From the NCBI GenBank assembly GCA_965112155.1, contig OZ218099.1: a DNA stretch of 64,000 nt; one strand, written 5' to 3'. This document shows, one piece after another, positions 58,740 through 64,000 of the stretch. Both the position numbers and the translations under genes were made by a program. The DNA is from Podarcis liolepis (taxonomy: Eukaryota). Under the pieces are notes generated by a model. The model ran no database searches. It worked only from the letters and a program-made list of their open reading frames with translations, and was not told where the DNA came from. Numbering within the stretch: position 1 is the stretch's first letter; each line of letters starts with the position of its first letter.

Positions 58740-61718
58740 ACAGCTCCTTTATAAGGGTCACATTTATTTGGATAAGATACATTAAAAGGTTTTGCTTTGT
58801 TCTGCAGATAAAGTGAGAGAGTAAGGCCAAACCTATGACAGACCTAGAAGCAAAAGCAACAACAGGAACAATAACCCACCCATCTCCCAGCTCATAGCCA
58901 TGCAATCCATTCCCTTTGAATCTTAGGTATCTTAAGACTTCATCCAATTATGAAGTCCTGCAGGAATTCACGTGATTTCATGCATGCGATTCCAACCGCC
59001 TGACTAGAAAAGAAACTGATACTTCCCATTCTCACATGGAAGTAGTCAGGTCAAATGTTTCATTGCCACAGATTAGGAAGCACATTTATAGAACACTAAA
59101 ATTAGCACTTTCAGACTATGATACATATCCCCAAATGCCTCAAACTGTATATCCAGATTAGCTGCATCTAGAAATGTTATATAATAAGATGTTTAAAATG
59201 TTTAAGCTCAGCACTATTAAAAAAAGGGTGAACAGGTAGTATGTATAGATGCTGGTACTCTGTGTTTTGTACAGTTTTATGACAACCCTTATGAGAATTT
59301 TCCTATAGCTTGAAAAATCTCCCCAACATTTCTAAAATCCTACTTTTCTTAGCCTGAAAAATAGCATACAAAACATGAGCAGTTTCTAGTAAAAAAAAAA
59401 AAGCTTAAGGTAAGTGTTTCACACAACCAAGTGTGTAAGATAGGTCAGCATTTATTTAAAACAAGTATTCCAGTCCAACTATAAACTCTTGTGTTCTATT
59501 GTCTTCTATTAGAATGACAAAAGTCCTGCAGCATCTTAGAGATTAACAATCCACTGCATCCCACTGTGAATATAAACTGGCCAATTTAGAATTTCACTTT
59601 GTATGCCTGATAAAGGCACTGGTCCACAAATGCTAATGCCATGATAGACTCATTACATTTGTAAGATGACACAAGATGGGGTTTTTTGTCCTTGTTGCGA
59701 CTGACTAAAACGGCTACTTCTCTGGAAATGGAACCATGGATGCATAAATGAGCTCAGGAATATAGCCAAGGAAACCAATGAAGCTAGGCCTGAAATAAAA
59801 TTACATGTTGGTTTTGACAAGCCACTCCAGGTTAATGACATCGCTACCATTTCTATATCTATCCCACTAATACCAAATTCCAGGTACCTTGTCTTTTTAT
59901 CCCTGCTAGTATGTCTACTAATATATTTCTGAGATTTACCGAGTACAAATAGGATCTCTGCTGGAAGCTGTCTTGTACGAATTCACAATCATAATTCTGC
60001 CAGCCTTTTTATTCATCCCATCTGGATGTATTTTATATTGCTTTCTCTGGTTTTATACAAGAGCTCATTCAGATTAATTGTTAAGCAGAAATATTTTGGA
60101 CATTGGCACAGTCCTCCAGTATGTTTGTGCCATGCTCTCACTTTTTGATAAATAGCTTTTGTTAGGGAAATATTTGTTCATTCTTTGCTCATGTAAGGAG
60201 GATGCAGAGATTGACCCTCAGGTCAAAATCATGTGTTGGTTGCAGCAAAAGAGAAACGAAACAATTAGATTCATAAATCCAGTACATGGGGGTGGGGGTG
60301 GGTTGGAAGAGGGAAGAGCAGTGATACTGTTAGCCCTGGGCTTTGTGGCAGAGGTCTAGGGCCATGCCAGCTCAAGCATCACCCAAATGAGTAGGAAAGG
60401 CAGGTGGCAACATCCCATTTAAAAATGCGAGAGAAATTACTTTGTTGCAGGAAGCCAGGACATAGATGCCACAACCGTCTGTGTTTGCCCAAGGTGCCTC
60501 TGGACTCCCATCTGGGGCCCACCAATGCTCTGAAAAATGAAGATGGGAGTGAGAACTCATGACTGGAGCTGGCTCTCAGCTACTCTGCTCCCACTCCTGG
60601 ACTGACCGTTTCCAAGAAATCAGAGGAACAAAACAGAGCCCCTGCTCTTCCCAACATCACCAGGTTGGTTGGGTGGGTCGGTGGGGAGAGAACGGGGTAA
60701 GCTCAGCATCTGCCCACCATTCTCTCCTCCACACTCACCAAGCAGTGTCAGGAATGGGTTTATTACTCTTCCTTGTAAGTAACATGGCAGCAAATGTACT
60801 GCACTGAAAAACAAAACAAACAATAAAAAGGAAACCCTTCCCAACACCATTTGGTAAGCTTGGGGCAGAACAGGGAGCAGAGCAACCAAAGTGGCAGGGG
60901 AGGGAGAGAAAGGTATGAGCTTCATGGGTGAACACAGGATCCGAACGCCAACGTCATTTCCATTATATCATACTGGTGGGTTGAAACGATTCCTTCCCTC
61001 TGTTTTATATTCTGTAATGATCTCACTGCCAGTAATGTGTGGTTCTGGGTAGAAATTCTGCCTCCACATAGAAAAACCCACCTCCCCCAAACCCACCAGC
61101 ATGAATAGGGAAGCAGAGCCACATGGAAGGAGGCCAGACTTCTGTTTCCCTTACAACCATGAGTCACTTCTGGCTATACATGCCCAGCATAATTCAGCTG
61201 TAACTTTGCTTCCCATTGCAAAGTGGGACAAGATACAGATTTTGCCTATTAAATCGACCCCCTTTGATGCATTCACAATCATTTGTTCTTTTCTGAATGC
61301 TAGGTCTCCAAACCTAAAGGACAGTTGTGGATTAAGTCACATTCATAAAGGTTTATGACAGTTCTGCTGCGTGCAGTTCTAATGCAGCATTTGTATTTAG
61401 ATCTCTCCCAGGTCACATTTTAATTAGAGATGCCCAATATGGGTTTCTGCACCCAAAGTTATCTACAAAAAGGGTTTTTAAGAGTAAATGTGCACGGATT
61501 GATTGCGGGATGCTGAGTCTCTAGAGAAGCCAGAAATGACATATTATTAGACAGACTCTCAGCAGTTGTGAATTCCAGTCACCATGCAGCCTATTCTATG
61601 CACGTATTCTCCAAAGGGACTTATTCTCATGTACCTTTTCAAAGGACTGCAACCTTAAATTGTTAAAGGGTGTAAATCAGCTTTTGTCTGCATAGTCAAA
61701 TGATCTGTGGGTCTCATT

Positions 61719-62058
61719 GGCCTGGCTCATATCACACGGTAAGTCAAACTATAACTTACTCCTGGACTACACATACTCCCGGAGAGAAGTGTGCAACCCT
61801 GGTCCTTTTGCTCCCACACTGCAGTGCGCTGAGCCAAGGTTTGGCTTAGTGTGCTATGCACACCGGGACTTGCGGCTAAGCTCTCTCTTCAGTAACTATG
61901 AGCTGTAACCAAAAACAAACCTTCATGTCTCAGCACAGGATGGCAGCAGAAAGGAGAAGGGAGGAGCAAAGTGGCCAGCAGATCCTCTCCGAGAGCCCAT
62001 ACATTCACAAAATCCCACTAAGTTTTAGTTTTGTTTACTATGCCGTGCAAACTAGGCC
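61719..62058. mobile_element. PIF/Harbinger-type MITE; related remnant starting ~47612
   Basis: Imperfect ~40-bp TIR GGCCTGGCTCATATCACACGGTAAGTCAAACTATAACTTA versus reverse complement of right end GGCCTAGTTTGCACGGCATAGTAAACAAAACTAAAACTTA; 3-bp TSD att/att. Confidence 0.7.
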
Positions 62059-62489
62059 ATTATCTGCTTCTCTCTTTGTGTATCCCAATACCAGGGCACT
62101 TGAACCTTAGGTGAAAAGCAGGAAACTATAATCTTAGCTAGCAAGTCTATGATTAGATGCATGACAATTCCCTTAGTACACAGTTTTAAAGATACAGTAT
62201 TATTATTATTATTATTATTATTATTTATTTTTATACTAAACTTTCCCTAAAGGAACACAGGATGGCATGGATGGTGTACCCCTTGTATGGTGTACAGCCC
62301 TAGCTTGTGAGGTAGGTTAGGCTAAAAGATTGGAGCAGGCCAAGTTCATGTTAACTGAACTGAGCTAATTGTTGAGTGGGAGGTTTGAACCCATATATTT
62401 AGTAAACTTGAATCTGCCACTCTTTAGAAAATACCATGCAGTTCCTACTTCCTACACTTTTACCCTTCCTTACAAACTGAGACATAACT

Positions 62490-62642
62490 AGTAAGATAGC
62501 TCAGTTGGTTAGAGTGTGCTGCTGATAATGCCAAGATTGCAGGTTAAATCCCAGTAAGGGACAGTTGCACATTCCTGCATTGCAGAGGGTTGGACTATAT
62601 GTGCCTCAGCGTCCCTTCCAAGTCTATGGTCTATGATTCTAT
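62490..62642 (+). mobile_element. SINE with tRNA(Ile)-like head and CR1-derived tail
   Basis: A box tagctcagttgg, loop ctGATaa, B box-like ggttaaatccc, then gcattgcagagggttggacta...tcccttccaag...tatgattctat matching the CR1 tail at 57292-57355. Confidence 0.8.
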
Positions 62643-64000
62643 AAGAGAGAAAGGCGGCAAACATCATAAGCACACAGAAGTAGAAAAACCCCCTGCAAAT
62701 AAATGGTTAACTGCAGCAGGAGACAGGGTGGCTTGTAGGTGACAGCATCAGAGGGGTCAGATAGTCGTGGAGGTTTCTGAACACGCAAAAGAGAAATACA
62801 ATTCCTGAAATACCATTCCATGATTCAAAAAAGAGATAACCAGTTACATTTTGAAAGTATCTAGGCAGGTTTAGCACTCCAGACTGTGGAAACTGTGTCA
62901 AAAGCAAGAGTAACTTACTGAAAGGATGGATAGTTAATGCAGCTGAGATAATTATCTGGATCCTTCTTTATTCCATTAGTAGTTTTCATCCATGTCTGGG
63001 AATACCATAAGCGGATTGCGCAAGCATTATTTGTCCTTGCAGCATCAATCCCGATTGGAATTATCTCTATACCGTTGTATCAAATGAAGATTACACACTT
63101 TCTAGGGCTAGCTGTAATGCCTTCTGCTCAAAAGCTTCCCTATCACATGACAGAGAAAAGTGCTGTATTTATTTATTATCAATAAATAAGAAAAGGACTC
63201 TACAGCTGAATTTAGAAAAGGCAGATAAAACAGTGGCCAGTTACGGTCTTCAATGTATACCCATGATTAAAATGGGCCTAACAAATGCTCCCTAATATTT
63301 ACAAGCATCATCATATATAAGAGGGAGGAGAAAAAAATGGTGAAACTTAAAGGCAAGGACTACAGTATAAATCTGGGATGGCCAACCTCTGAATTATTTT
63401 TCCAGACAATGGTTTGGGGTCAGAAATACATTATGCCATACCATCTGACCCTCTCACAGGTGTTCTATAGTCATGTTTGCAATGTTTAGCTCATTTTAAT
63501 TCAAATCCCAATTAAAGCCCCTTAAGCGGGAAAGTGGGGCTAGAGTAAGAGAACGCCTCTCTTTTCCCATCTAGGAATTTTATCAGAAGCTTATTCCACT
63601 GCACTTTCCTGTTACATGGAACGTGTAACATGATCTATTAATTAACTGCAAAACAAATCTCATTTTATTTGCTTAATCCTGCAAACCTATCAAATATGTA
63701 GCAACTGACAAGGAAAGCAGCCCACCAGATATGCTGCCATACAACCTCTGCTCACATAAGTGGGGCTTGGACAGGAACACTGCCAAAGAGTGTGGGCAAA
63801 GGGAGAATATACTTGGTTGAGCCTCTCATGCAAGGAGAGAAGTTACGGTATATATTTAAGGACCAAGTTATATGTTACACACAGATGCTGGTGATGAAAC
63901 CCCAAAAAGTGTTTTTTCTTCCAAAATGAAAAGCAGATACAGTAAAAGGTTTTGAGTGGAAGACTGGTAAGGATGTTTGTTTGCTTTCTCCTACTAATCC

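Noticed and set aside
62490-62560. Apparent tRNA gene
   Set aside because: Acceptor stem is not formed, B box is degenerate, and it is fused to a CR1 tail; it is a SINE.
62952-63185. ~77-codon hydrophobic open frame on + (LSGSFFIPLVVFIHVWEY...)
   Set aside because: No start near its beginning, no convincing splice sites, no recognised homology; T-rich DNA gives hydrophobic translations by chance.

Overview
Vertebrate genomic DNA from a squamate, most likely a lacertid lizard (Sauria SINEs with an (ACCTTT)n tail, BovB, CR1, L2 and many hAT, Tc1-pogo and Harbinger MITEs). It holds two convergent, spliced genes in the known LTC4S-MGAT4B tail-to-tail arrangement. LTC4S (+) has coding exons 2-5 at 1752-8328; exon 1 lies upstream of the window. 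MGAT4B (-) has coding exons 2-15 at 40489-10470; exon 1 was not found, so intron 1 is >23.5 kb and runs off the right end. All exon boundaries were read by hand (GT-AG, consistent phases). Most ORFs in the supplied track are spurious or transposon-derived. I found no convincing wholly new biological system. The best leads are: a weak GAG acceptor competing with a microsatellite-built cryptic poison exon at the catalytic/lectin boundary of MGAT4B; a divergent LTC4S (W116C, shortened C-terminus); a four-layer nest of DNA transposons; recurrent short duplications at LINE 5' junctions; and possible 3'UTR overlap of the two genes. Human comparisons are from memory and need checking by alignment.
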